From Octopus bimaculoides (lineage: Eukaryota), in contig NC_069002.1 of assembly GCF_001194135.2 (NCBI RefSeq), forward strand, positions 34,325,406 through 34,389,405: a stretch of 64,000 nucleotides of DNA, read 5' to 3'. Below, piece by piece: positions 1-13,265 of this stretch. Each line of letters opens with the position of its first letter. The first letter of the stretch is position 1. The notes beneath the pieces are model-generated. The model was not told the origin of the DNA and ran no database searches. It was given only the letters and a program-made list of their open reading frames with translations. Both the position numbers and the translations under genes were made by a program.

Positions 1-51
1 CTATTTCGTATCTTATCTAAATTAACTATTGCTTAGCCATCTTCTCACACC

Positions 52-99
52 GTCTCCGATGAAGGGATATAACAGATATCCTGGAAACAGCTTTAAGAC
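52..99 (+). ncRNA. Degenerate minimal type I hammerhead ribozyme motif (Penelope pLTR type)
   Basis: Stem I GTCT(52-55)/AGAC(96-99). Core CCGATGA (56-62; consensus CUGANGA, U4C change). Stem II GGGATAT-AACAG-ATATCCT (64-82). GAA-ACAGCTTT-A (84-95); ACAGCTGT would be a perfect palindromic stem III, one substitution away. Confidence 0.55.
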
Positions 100-145
100 C
101 CTCTATTTATAAATGTTCTTAATTCTACACAGCCTTGGTTCTTAT

Positions 146-509
<364 letters not shown>

Positions 510-1734
510 TAAATCTATTACGAAACAAAATGTTTATGCACATGTATTTATGTATAAATGCATGTTGTTTATACATGTTTTTATCTGTCTCTCTATTGAC
601 GCGTCTGTGAGCGCAATTTTACGTATGACATGTCCCTTCTGTTCATTGATTTCTGTATTTCTCGCCTGCATAGAGTGTACTGCATACTATCAGTGCCTGC
701 ATTCGCTTAAAATATTTGCGTACAGGAATATCAAAATGACGTTGACGGTTAACAAAACTGACAAAGACAATGATAAAAGAAAAAAGAAAATGCTGATGAT
801 GATTCTGTTTCCACAGTTAGTATTTCTTTCAGTAATGAGGAGCAGGACGAGGTAGAAAAGTAAGAGGGGATTGTAATGATGATTATCACGTCGACTACGA
901 CTAGGCTGCTAGCTTTCCTGAGCACTCACAATTTTACATACAATCACGTAGAGTACATGAATTTGCCGTTTATTTATTCCGTGTTCCAATATTTCCTCTA
1001 GCTTGTTTCTTATGTAAATTATGTAATATTAATAATCTTTTCACAAAAGAATTCTCTTTCCCTTTCAATATGTTTAACGTTATAACTTAAACAGTTCTTC
1101 ATTTAATATAGAGGAGGAAATATAAACTTAAAAATTGCACAAAAAATATAAAAGAAAACACATCATGTTTCGATAAATTTAAGATTTAAATATGAAATTC
1201 CAGTAATTTTCACTGTCCTTGTCAACATATGCCACATCGAATTTATTGTCTATAAGAATTTATTATCTATAAATATTTACTGAGAGCAAAGCGGTTAAAA
1301 GAATATTTTAATGGCTTTATTTTTAATATTTCGATAGGCGAAGTGCAAAAGTGAAATATGTCCTTGAGTAACTGGGTTGTATTTGCCACAAAAAATAAAT
1401 CGAGATAAAAAAATTTGAAAGCAATTTTCGCAATGCAGGCTTTATTTTAGTTATTTATCAAATTACTAAATTATTTTTCTATTGGGCATTATAATTAGAA
1501 ACCTTATACACACAAGTTACATATATCTGACAGTAAACAATAGTCCATTCACTGGAAATGTAACTGCTAGAAGACAATAATAACGAACCACGCACCATAA
1601 GTTAGCCAACATTGCAACGATTCTGATTTTTCTTTCGTCTGAGAAGGGTCCGGAGTCATTCTAGTTCGTTGTTTTCTCCTCTATATTTTTACGCCGTCCC
1701 ACAAACACGAGAAATGCTGCATTTGCTATTCTTG

Positions 1735-2038
1735 ATTTTTTATGCGCCCTTTTTAAGCTCATGGACACGTTTCCCGGTTTCTATGGCGTATGTGCTCCCC
1801 ATAGCTGGACGGGACGCCAGTCCATCGCAGCGTCACCCAAGAAACAGGAAGAAAGAGTGAGAGAAAGTTGGGGCGAAAGAGTACAACAGGGGTCGCCACA
1901 CCCAACCCCCTGCCGGAGCCTTGTGGAGATTTACGTGTTTTCGCTAAATAAACACGCACAACGCTCGGTCTGGGAATCGAAACCGCAATTCTTCGACCGC
2001 GAGACCGCTGCCCTAATCACTGGGCCATTGCCCCTCCA
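1735..2038 (-). mobile_element. tRNA-derived SINE with V-domain-like segment
   Basis: Minus strand A box TGGCCCAGTGA (2027-2017) and B box GGTTTCGATTCCC (1984-1972). TGCGATGGACTGGCGTCCCGTCCAG (1829-1805) resembles the V-SINE core. A-rich 3' end near 1735-1742. Confidence 0.75.
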
Positions 2039-4977
2039 AATCGTATACAATATAAACAATTAAAAGATATAGGCAACTAATCCCTCTTTTTAGTCTTATA
2101 TTTCTTCTCTGTTTTAATAAGCAACCTTTTAAATCCCCTTTCCCATACAGCTTAATATGAATTTAAGCGCCGAAGAGTGGGGTGTGCACACCGCAGATGG
2201 TAGCAGCTTTACATATAATGTTTTATTGCACTCTATGGCATGATAATTTTAAAGAAATACATAGATAATTAGGCTACTGCGCAATGTGACAAATTGCTTA
2301 CTCAGGTAGCTCCAATGCATAAATTAGTAAAAGTGTCAATAATTCAGACATACAGTTTTTTGCAAAAACATGGTAAATTTTGTAAATGCAGAGGCTTTCG
2401 AAGGCATTTTTTTTCCTTATAAGACCATATATTTTTGACTCATTTTATATTTTCGGTGTCTTTCCGTCATACTATTTCATAATCCGGCACGTGCATATTA
2501 TTCATAACTTTACGGGTGTACCGTCTTGTTCTAAGATGAAATACCATGCAATACAAAGATACTACGTGTGATGAATTGAAATAACCATATTTTCCACAAG
2601 CCAAATCATTCACCCTTGGATAAATACATTCTGAAAGACTTGACACATTCAGAAGAAAGTAAAGAAACAGTATAACTTTATACTCGTAATATTATTTAGT
2701 GATAACTTTACTCGATATGAAAGGAAAAAATCAGAAAGAAAAGAAAGGCTACACTAAAAACGAATTGTGGAATATTTTTGCTGAACATGCATTACCCATC
2801 TACAAATCAATACCCGAAATACGTTTTTCACTCTTATATAACTCTGGTTTAAAACTTGAATCTTGACCAAATGTCTTCCATCACTTATTTTAAACAGATG
2901 TAGCGTGCTTGAACAAAATGGCCTGTAAATATGGTAACAATGTGAACAGACTCACTACGACGCTCTAACACGAAAATTCGTACCGATGTAATTACTCTAA
3001 ACTAGATTTTGTTATAGCTGTTTAACCTATTATAATTAATTTACTGTTTGGAAGAATTTGGTTTATTAAATTCTGTATATTGGGCAAATGTTTCAACTTT
3101 AAAAAGGCAGGCTATTTATTGTCGCGGTTATTTTCGAGCTGGTGTTGATGGTGATGACGACGAAGGTAGTAGCAGCGTTCATGTTGTTGTAGTTAATTTT
3201 ATCGTTATTTTTTCTCATGACAATGTTTTTTTTTATATATATATATATATATGTATATGTTCTTTCCCAATTTCTCCGCAAAATGAAATTTTCTCTTTGA
3301 AGAGAGGGAAAAGTATAGTTAGATACGCAAGAATAGAATAAGGACACGTAAGTAAATAAATCGTTACATGTAAAGAAATTTATTACCAAATTAATTTTAA
3401 TTTCCCTCACCAATATATGCAGGTAAATATGCGCACATTTTTCGCTTTAGGTCTTATGTTGATTGCACATTCTTAATATATATATGTAAAAAATATTATA
3501 TATATGTATGTAAGTATATATATGTATATATATATATATATATATACATACACATTCGTATATGTTTATATCAATCTACGCTTACGCGTATGCAGTTCAA
3601 TATAATTACACTCCCATATACACGCAAGATTATAATTTCTGAGCGGCACGCTTTCTTACAAAAGACGCATACACACATGCAAATAATCACGCTGAAGTTC
3701 ACCATATCGGCACGCATTCTTGCCTCCAACAATGCATACATATTATGCAAGTAAGTAAATTTCTCACATGCATGCATTTGGCGTATATCAAAGGCTTAGA
3801 ATTAAATATGCACAAAGAAAGAATAAGAGAGAGAGGAGGGAGAGGAAAACAAAGGAACAATATTAAAAACGACTACGACACAGCACGAATCAAAAATTCA
3901 GGCAACAAGATTTAAGAACATAAAAGCGTGTAACATTTGTCCTTGTTAATTCAACTATATATTTGATTAAATTTAACACGTCTTTTATCTTATTTTAAAC
4001 GAAACGCATTTAGTTTTATAAATGGGAGTAATGTAAATTAAAAAGCATGCATGAATTCGTACGAACATGCTTACACACATACATACATACACACGCACAC
4101 ACACACACACATAATGCATGTATACACCGTACATGTATGTGGTGTAAAGAGGGAATTGTGGGAGAAACAGAAACTGTAAGATGTGTTAAAGTTTGCCAAA
4201 TGGATTATAATGGTTTTCTTAGTCTCTTTTCAAGAGTTCGAATACGCTCCTGGCGTTGTTTTTAGTTCCTTCTCATAACATCTTTCTTTTGATTCTGCCA
4301 GCCTACCTATTTGAACTGAATGTCTAAAAAGTGACGTCGTTTAATAATGTCTGCCACTGAGTATTCTTGCTAAACTCCATCTTTTTAACGTGTAATGTGA
4401 TTTTTAATTCTAGTTGCATAAATGCCCTTTAATACATAATTTGTGGCCCGTAGTGAATGTACGGCATGCGGGATCTATGTCTCCTTTGGGCAAAAATGAT
4501 CTGCAAACACACATACACTTACACAGACTCACGTGCTCTCACATTCACACACACACACACATATTTACACTCTTTCGAAAACTAAGCTAACACTGGAATT
4601 AATTCAAGACAAGAGTGAAAAGAGAAGAGAATTACTGTTCCTCATCCTCATCTCATGGTACAATCGCTCCATAAATATATAGCCTTTTGTAATATCAAAT
4701 TAAACGTAGTCTGATCCATAGGCAAATAGTTTTTTTTTTCTTACGAGAAAATGAGAAATATAGTTCTTATATACATAAGCGAAGTGAGGGCTGACTTATT
4801 CCATGTACACCTAGAACATATTTTCACGGAAATATTCTCTTCATGGTTGCATATAAGAAATTTTAGAAATATTTATAGTTACTAATATAGTATAGGTGTT
4901 TGGGAAAATAAATTAGATTATAGAACGTAAATACTATAAAATGAGAGCAATTTTGTTCAACATAATGTAATCCTGGG

Positions 4978-5060
4978 CGAGTCGATTACGTCGACAGCAT
5001 TACTCAACTCGTATTTATTTTTTCGATTCCATGCTAAAGGTTCGACCAGCTCGCCACTTA
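4978..5060 (-). mobile_element. Internally deleted fragment of the second SINE family
   Basis: GTCGATTACGTCGAC and CCAGCTCGCCAC end motifs match the copies at 5123-5277 and 7713-7849; the middle is missing. Confidence 0.4.
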
Positions 5061-5122
5061 CCTGGTGATAGTAATATTGGTTTCAAATTATTGCACAACA
5101 CCATTACTTTGGTAGAGGCGAT

Positions 5123-5277
5123 AATCGATTACGTTGACACCACTGCTCCACTGGTACTTAATTTATCGACCCCAAAAGAATGAAAGGTAAATTAGAACTT
5201 GGTGGAATTTGAACCCAGAACGTAAGGACGGATGGTATGCAGCCAAGCGTTTTTTCCAGTGCGGTAATAAATCTGCC
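5123..5277 (-). mobile_element. SINE fragment (family with GAGTTCAAATTCC...CCTTTCATCCTTTCGGGGTCGAT core)
   Basis: Reverse complement aligns by eye with 8300-8476 (TTTATCGACCCCAAAAGAATGAAAGG...GGAATTTGAAC). Confidence 0.7.
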
Positions 5278-7305
5278 GTGGAGATGATAAAAATATTACC
5301 AGTAAAAGTAAGAAAAAGACAACCTGCATGAATATTAGCTGTCAGATACGAGCGAATATAAATTGGTGGCGTAGAATATGATTTCATTAATTCTTCCAGG
5401 TGCCTAAGTATTCGTGACACAATAATTGGAGAAAGAGAGAGTTATAGCAGCAAATTGCTGGGCCAATGCTTCATTGCCACGTGCGGTATCGGATCCTATT
5501 AATGTGATCGTGAATGGACAAACTTAGACGCAACCCACGCTGTAAGTCAATGGTACACAAAATAAATAAAGTTTGAAAGCACATACCTGCTTATAATATA
5601 CTACTGAAGCTAAAATGTTCTGGGTAAAATGTAATGTTATGTAAGCGCAATTGTTTTACAAAGCTTAAAAATCTAATGTTAAAAAATACAAATACAATCA
5701 AAGCAATCAAGTTGTAGTACTATCAACGATGCTGTAGATGATGGATTAGATTAATTATTAAAGTTATGAAATGTTTCTATCAACCTATTTTCAATTCGTA
5801 CTGCCGAAATCTCTACCGAGATGCACGCCTACATTTCTGTAAAGACAATTACAGAAACACACATCTGGTATGCATTGTTCCATTACTGTATCGAAAAGTA
5901 ATAAATAGTAATAATAGAATCACTATATATTCTTAAGACATTCTCACGTATCATGTGTTAATCACGAACATAACATGTACACGTAATTCTATGGAATAAA
6001 ATAAAGCTCTTCGCGTGTTTGTAATTCTCGAATCATCAAAAAACAAAAAAAGAAAAGAACTTCAATAGCAGCGGCAGCAATAGCAAAAACAGCAACATTT
6101 TATTCCACTTTACTCAAGGGCATTGATTGTGAGGACGATATTACATGTACCAATTAGTGAAACTGTTGGGCGTTCGGAAAAGCTATTACGAAGAAGAAAA
6201 AAATATGGACATTGAAAGTAAAAGCAATAATACATTTTTAATAGCTTTTATTTCCTAGAATGTGTTTTTTTAAAAATCTCTATTACATTTTCTCCTCGGG
6301 TATTTTAATATATATATATATACACCTCTTTATTTAATCAACATCGTTTTTAATTTCGCATTTTTTTCCTATTCTCTTTGATATTTTCACAATTTTATTT
6401 TCATGGATTCTCGACAAATTCCTATGTTTGATTTATTTTCTTAAGATTTCATTCTCGTCACGTAAATAGCTACAAAAAGTTTATGTATAAGATATAAGGT
6501 GGTGTAGGTTCTTGGTTTTGTGTTTAAACATGTTTCGCTATTGTTTACTAAATGTCATTTTCTAATATATTTTCTGAATTTTAATATTCATTTACAACTT
6601 ATTCAATTTTTCTACAATTATTTTTTATTTAATGCTTATTTAGTTTTTGCCAGCCTCTTTTGTCATTATGTGGTGAAAGAAGCACAGCGTTTTGTAATTT
6701 GTATTTACGATGTCCCTTAGCAAATGCTACTGAGATAAAAGGAGTGGTTATTAAAACCAATAATCACTCGATCTGCGTCAGCATTTTACCAACGTTGTTA
6801 ATAAGTCAAACATAAAATAACTGTTGAATAAATATTAAAAAAAAACCCAATGTATAACAACGACTGTACACTCCACCATTTCTTATTTACCACCTTTTTT
6901 CCTGTCTATTTTAGGATAGTTTTGACCTAAGTCATCCATGCTGTTAAATTCGAGCAGCCTACTCAATTAAGACGAAATTAGAATTCTGGGATAAGAAAAT
7001 GATTTTCAGATATTTCTGACTTTGCATTTTGCTGAGGAGCTTTACCGGTTCGAGATAAATTCTACACACAAACAGACACTTTTTTACACACACACACACA
7101 CACACGTATTTCAGTACAATTTCTCCACCTTGTTTTGCACTTAAGTACTCACCTGTGTGTGTATATGATTTGTAGGCACGTGGTACTTCGTTACGCAACC
7201 ATAATATATTATAATGTATATTAAATGTCTTTTATATGCTAATGTCACATTCTAATGCGTTAGTAGTGCTTTTTACATTCTTTTCTTGATGTTATTTCTA
7301 CAGAT

Positions 7306-7587
7306 AGCACTGAATTTTGTTACAACGTTTCGTATTGAATGGTCAGATGTAAACAAACAATGAGATTGAAAAGAAGAATGGGTAATAAGTGTATAAGTCA
7401 TCTTATCCATTCTCGCCTCCGAACACGTTGTACAACCACCGCATATAGCGGTGTTAAGTTATTGGATATATTAATTTACACATGAAACGCATTCCTCCAG
7501 CTGGTACCCATACCCGTCTTTGTCTTCGATTTCACTGTTTGTTTACATCTGATGTTTCGATACGAAGCGTTGCAACAAAATTAAGTG
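7306..7587. mobile_element. Foldback/MITE-like element with long imperfect inverted arms
   Basis: Arms of about 65-75 bp at 7306-7385 and 7505-7587, with a perfect 17-bp core TCAGATGTAAACAAACA. Hairpin CACCGC-ATATA-GCGGTG (7437-7453) lies at the geometric centre. Outer limits and TSD uncertain. Confidence 0.6.
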
Positions 7588-7712
7588 CTGGCTAAATTTT
7601 TCAATTCGCGAGCTACATCATTTAAAATATTGAATTCCTGACGAAGATAGGATTCACTGGACACTTATAAGCACATTCGGATTCTATATTAGTTACAAAC
7701 TTTGACACTAGG

Positions 7713-7849
7713 CCGTTGATTCCAGTGCTCAACTGATAATTATTTCATCGATCCCGAAAGGATGAAAGTCAAAGATGACCTCGGCGGAATTTGAACTAAG
7801 AAATTAAGAACGGACCCCATGTTTGCACATTCTGCCAGTTCACCGCCTT
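7713..7849 (-). mobile_element. SINE fragment, same family as 5123-5277 and 8300-8476
   Basis: ATCGATCCCGAAAGGATGAAAGTCAAAGATGACCTCGGCGGAATTTGAACT...TCTGCCAGTTCACCGCC. Confidence 0.7.
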
Positions 7850-8299
7850 CATACTCGTTGAACTCTATCTACAATGCATCAATAACTAGCCTTCAAGGGC
7901 AACAACACTTACTCTAAAACAGTTGACACTGCCTTTCTTCTTTTCCTCTCTTAACATACCCCAAATGCTTGTGAATTCTACGCAATACGCCAATGCCACA
8001 CTAAATAAATGAATAGATACACCTATAGGTTTAAAGCGATGTCTCCATATTCCAATGCCACAAAATATAAATAGTACACATCATGAAGAACATAACATGT
8101 TACATGATCTGTTTAAATAAGAGCTGTTCAACGTAGACTGTTCGTATATGTTCCATGAGATGCACCGTCAAAACAACGGCTATATCAGGTTTAAGTACAT
8201 ACTTAGCATAGACACAACAGCATCACAAAAGAGTCCACGTTCTTGAATTTCAGAAATATGTCAGAAGCCTGCAACTATTGCTTTTATACGACACTGAAG

Positions 8300-8476
8300 T
8301 GAAATCCAGAGTATTTCGTCTGTCTTTATATTATGAGTTCAAATTCCTTCGAGGTCGACTTTACCTTTCATCCTTTCGGGGTCGATTAATTAAGTACTAG
8401 TTGTGTACTCGTGTCGATCTAATCGACTGAACCCTCCTCCCAAAATGCGGGCCTTGTGCCTAGAGTAGAAAAGAAT
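8300..8476 (+). mobile_element. SINE fragment, same family
   Basis: GAGTTCAAATTCC (B-box-like), GAGGTCGACTTTACCTTTCATCCTTTCGGGGTCGAT, ending AGAAAAGAAT. Confidence 0.7.
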
Positions 8477-9099
8477 ATGCGTATTTGCAGTTTGTGCATA
8501 TAAAAGGAATTTTATAGTATGATATCCCGCATATGTCACTTTTTTAATTCCTCTCATGTATACACGCTTTACATTTGCTGCCTCTCTCACGGTTTCTTCT
8601 CTATCTATATATCTATCTATCTGCGTTACTCACTCTCCAGTTTTCCCTTTCCTTCTCCTTATCTCGCGCTCTCTATATTTCTTAATCTCCCACTCGCCTC
8701 TCTCTCTCTCCCACTCGCCTCTTTCACTGTTTCTCGCTAATATGTACAGAATGTGCTGCACTAAATTTTCAGTTAACTTAAATAGAACACTTTAAACCTT
8801 AATCCACCTTTGAACATTTTTGAAAATCTGTTTAGGTTTCAAAGCATTTTAACAACATGTGGGTTTCTAAAGTTGAAGCGCGAGAACACATACCCACACG
8901 CACCCACCCTCCCTCACCCCAAACACACATGCGCATGTACAAGCATAACATTTCCAAAGAAAATTAAAGCAATGAATGTTAAGACTCACATGATAAATGA
9001 CTCTTGCACACATATGCATACATATCGAAAATTGCATCTGCAATATAGAAATTAATCTATGAAAATGCATACCTGTGAATGTTATATGCATTCCAATGA

Positions 9100-9500
9100 T
9101 ATCTATATAAATTTACATATTTATATATATATATATATATGAGTATATATATATATATATATATACATGAGTATATATATTTACATATATAAGCATATAT
9201 ATTTATGAGTATATATATATTTATATATATCAAAATATATATATGCATATATGTATATATATAAATGTATATACATGCATATATATATATGTGTGTATAT
9301 GCATGTATATATAAAAGTATATATATACATATTTATATTTTTATATATACACGTATATATAAATATATATGTATATATATACATATTTATATTTATATAT
9401 ATATATGTATATACAGGTATATATAAATGTATATACATGTATATATATATTCATATTTTTAGATATATACATATATATATGTATATATATATATATTTTC

Positions 9501-9560
<60 letters not shown>
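9100..9560. repeat. Compound (TA)n-rich tract ending in (TG)n
   Basis: Directly visible; (TG)n at about 9524-9559. Confidence 0.95.
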
Positions 9561-9563
<3 letters not shown>

Positions 9564-10179
9564 AATGCTTGTATAAGTACGTTAGGGTGTATTCATTGGG
9601 GTTGACTGCTAAATTCTTATATGTATATACGTGAGCGTGTTTATAGTAAGTTTATTCGTTTGCCGAATAAAATTTGATTTTCAGAGGAAAGATATAAATG
9701 GAATATTTTGATGTTTTCTTTTTGAAATTCTCGAAAGCAATTATGTTGTAAAGCAGGAAAATGTATTTATTACATTTCTATAAAAAGTAGGGGGTGAGGC
9801 TGAAGGAGTAAATTTGTATGATGAAAATATATAAATATAGTATTTATTTGGACTGAAATTTAGACAAATCACTTAATATTGTACCGTTCAAATATACGGA
9901 GGTAGAATATTAAAATCCTCGGTTCTTTCATTTGAAACAATATTATAAATTTCTAGAGAAATCTATTATATTTGACTCTTTATACAATGACAAAATGAAA
10001 GTCGAGCATTGAAGTGTTTGCGCGAGGTGGCAGTGATATCTAGGAAATCGACTGAAAGCTAGGAACCAAAGTAATTTGAAAATGCTGAGGAGTCATTGCA
10101 TGCAGGCTGTAGACGATTTACAAAGGTGTTACAGCATCGTATAGACTACTGTGTGTCATGGATTCATGTAGGTATGAAT

Positions 10180-10188
10180 ATTTGTATA

Positions 10189-10235
<47 letters not shown>

Positions 10236-10278
10236 TATATATATAATATGTGTATATATTCATATATGTATATATACA

Positions 10279-10311
<33 letters not shown>

Positions 10312-10391
10312 GTATATGCGATATGTATATATACATATATATATATACATATATATATACATATATACATATATATGTATATATACGTATA

Positions 10392-10423
<32 letters not shown>

Positions 10424-11459
10424 ATATATGTATATATACATATATATATATAATATATGTATATATACNNNNNNNNNNNNNNNNNNNNNNNNNNNNNNNN
10501 NNNNNNNNNNNNNNNNNNNNNNNNNNNNNNNNNNNNNNNNNNNNNNNNNNNNNNNNNNNNNNNNNNNNNNNNNNNNNNNNNNNNNNNNNNNNNNNNNNNN
10601 NNNNNNNNNNNNNNNNNNNNNNNNNNNNNNNNNNNNNNNNNNNNNNNNNNNNNNNNNNNNNNNNNNNNNNNNNNNNNNNNNNNNNNNNNNNNNNNNNNNN
10701 NNNNNNNNNNNNNNNNNNNNNNNNNNNNNNNNNNNNNNNNNNNNNNNNNNNNNNNNNNNNNNNNNNNNNNNNNNNNNNNNNNNNNNNNNNNNNNNNNNNN
10801 NNNNNNNNNNNNNNNNNNNNNNNNNNNNNNNNNNNNNNNNNNNNNNNNNNNNNNNNNNNNNNNNNNNNNNNNNNNNNNNNNNNNNNNNNNNNNNNNNNNN
10901 NNNNNNNNNNNNNNNNNNNNNNNNNNNNNNNNNNNNNNNNNNNNNNNNNNNNNNNNNNNNNNNNNNNNNNNNNNNNNNNNNNNNNNNNNNNNNNNNNNNN
11001 NNNNNNNNNNNNNNNNNNNNNNNNNNNNNNNNNNNNNNNNNNNNNNNNNNNNNNNNNNNNNNNNNNNNNNNNNNNNNNNNNNNNNNNNNNNNNNNNNNNN
11101 NNNNNNNNNNNNNNNNNNNNNNNNNNNNNNNNNNNNNNNNNNNNNNNNNNNNNNNNNNNNNNNNNNNNNNNNNNNNNNNNNNNNNNNNNNNNNNNNNNNN
11201 NNNNNNNNNNNNNNNNNNNNNNNNNNNNNNNNNNNNNNNNNNNNNNNNNNNNNNNNNNNNNNNNNNNNNNNNNNNNNNNNNNNNNNNNNNNNNNNNNNNN
11301 NNNNNNNNNNNNNNNNNNNNNNNNNNNNNNNNNNNNNNNNNNNNNNNNNNNNNNNNNNNNNNNNNNNNNNNNNNNNNNNNNNNNNNNNNNNNNNNNNNNN
11401 NNNNNNNNNNNNNNNNNNNNNNNNNNNNNNNNNNNNNNNNNNNNNNNNNNNNNNNNNNN

Positions 11460-11492
<33 letters not shown>

Positions 11493-11580
11493 GGATATAT
11501 ATATATATATATATATATACAAACATATATTTACATAAATATAATATATATATATATGTATATATATATGAATACATATA
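10180..11580. repeat. (TA)n-rich tract interrupted by N gap 10469-11459
   Basis: Directly visible. Confidence 0.95.
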
Positions 11581-11675
11581 TTGTATAAAAGATCTTAGGT
11601 AAGGCTAAAACAATGCGAAGTAAATGCAAGGTAAATCACAAGAAAACAAATGCGTGAAGTAATGTAGACTTCACT

Positions 11676-12345
11676 TTTATTCAATATTTCAGCGTTATGA
11701 CCTAATCCTCAAGAATTTGACGAATGTTGCCGATGTGTGCGTGTGGAGTCGACATGCGCAGAAGGGCTAGCGTCCTTGTAGCTCCGTTCTATTATTTATC
11801 TTGGGTTTCTTTTGTTGTATGAGTATAGCCTCAGGTACTCTAAGGTTGCCCTTCTTCCGCTGTGTTGCCTTGATGTGCACTGTGAATGCTCGGGTCTGGC
11901 ATTTCCGTAGATGTTTCTTCACGGAAGCGTCTGCCTGCATGTGTTCCTTAATGCATACTTGCAGTTTCGTGTCGTGCTTGCGATGTAGGATGCGCCACAT
12001 TGGCCACAGATGATCTCATTTACAAAATAAGTTCACTAACACAATTCAATAAAACCGCGATCTCACGCAATATTCTTCAACTGGTCATACGCTGCAACAT
12101 TTTTCCGGTTCGGTCTGGCTTCGCGGAAGCGCAATCTGGAATCTCGTCTTCATCGGGAAACGCATTAATTTTGCTTCTCCTTATTTCAGTCCACTTCGGT
12201 CTAAATTCTCCACCACTATTTATTAATACTGCTCCTTCACACGCGCATTCATTCTTCCTATTCCACACCCATTAGCACCAAGACATCCATTGCACAGTCC
12301 TGTCCTTTAGACTCCACAACGCCTACCATTGCTGTAACATCTTTT
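11676..12345 (-). pseudogene. Penelope-like retroelement 3' remnant: GIY-YIG endonuclease, frameshifted
   Basis: Minus strand VNEIICGQCGASYIASTTRN, then a frameshift into LQVCIKEHMQADASVKKHLRKC...LRVPEAILIQQKKPKINNRTE (stop at 11767). Fits the PLE pattern VYxIxCxxCxxxYIGxTxRxLxxRIxEH...EAxxI...PxIN. Cys-rich linker remnant upstream and AATAAA at 11681-11676. Upstream limit approximate. Confidence 0.7.
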
Positions 12346-12395
12346 CCACTTAACATCTCTAAGATTTAAGTGTCTCATTTTTTATCTGTTTTCCA

Positions 12396-12655
12396 CGTGA
12401 TGGTTTGATGGCCTAATAGGTAAGGGTGTTAGTAATCTAACTAATAACCTTGGTTGAAGGTTGAGGTTTCAATCTCTATCTAGGAAATATATTTATATAT
12501 ATAGATATATATGTAGATATAGATATATACAGATATATATAGATATATATATATATATATATATTTCCTAGATAGAGATTGAAACCTCAACCTTCAACCA
12601 AGGTTATTAGTTAGATTACTAACACCCTTAACTATTAGGCCATCAAACCATCACG
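12396..12655. repeat. 95-bp inverted repeat around a 70-bp TA-rich spacer
   Basis: 12396-12490 is the reverse complement of 12561-12655 with one mismatch. Confidence 0.95.
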
Positions 12656-13265
12656 ACTATTGCTCTCAGTTGTGGTCATCACACTGTGTTAACCCGACAG
12701 CTGAACTCGAAGCAATTCAGCGGCACTATACAAAAAAGATCGCCACAGTCCAACAGATGAACTACAGGGGGCGACTGAAGGCACTAGGTCTCTACTCCCT
12801 GGAGCGCAGGCGGGAGAGATATGTAATAATATACATATGGAAAATACTGGAAGGACTGATGCCAAACTTTGGAATCAAATACTACAGGTGTGCCCGCACG
12901 GGTCACCACTGCATGATGCCAAAGGTACCGTCCACTGCATCTCACATAAGAACGAGATACTGCAGCAGCCTCGGTTTCAGAGGACCTCAGCTCTTCAATG
13001 CCCTGCCAAAACATTTGAGAGACATGCAAGACATGGATGCGGAGGTCTTGAAGACAAAACTTGACACTTTCCTCTCCACGATACCAGACGAATCAATGGC
13101 TCGTAATGAGACGCAGTTTAGGGCAGCTATGTCAAATTCTCTTATACACCAGATGTGCCGTCAAAACTCTTGATTGGACCATGTCAAGTGCGGGAGAAGA
13201 GCCATGCAAGGAACGTGAAAATCACGGTGGTGCACCAGCATGACCGCAGCCACTTGGCTGAAACA
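12655..13265 (+). mobile_element. 5'-truncated CR1/L2-group LINE (C-terminus of ORF2 plus 3' UTR)
   Basis: Uninterrupted frame 12655-13173: DYCSQLWS...LEAIQRHYTKKI...RLKALGLYSLERRRERYVIIYIWKILEGLMPN...GPQLFNALP...KTKLDTFLSTIPD, typical of CR1-type RT C-termini. 3' stem-loop at 13247-13260 followed by a TA-rich tail. Confidence 0.85.

Noticed and set aside
6721-6777. Short AG...GT-bounded open frames (also near 3630-3750)
   Set aside because: Expected by chance; no recognisable homology or consistent exon chain.
10096-11602. Long ORFs here and at 59558-60658
   Set aside because: (TA)n plus N gaps read through as X.
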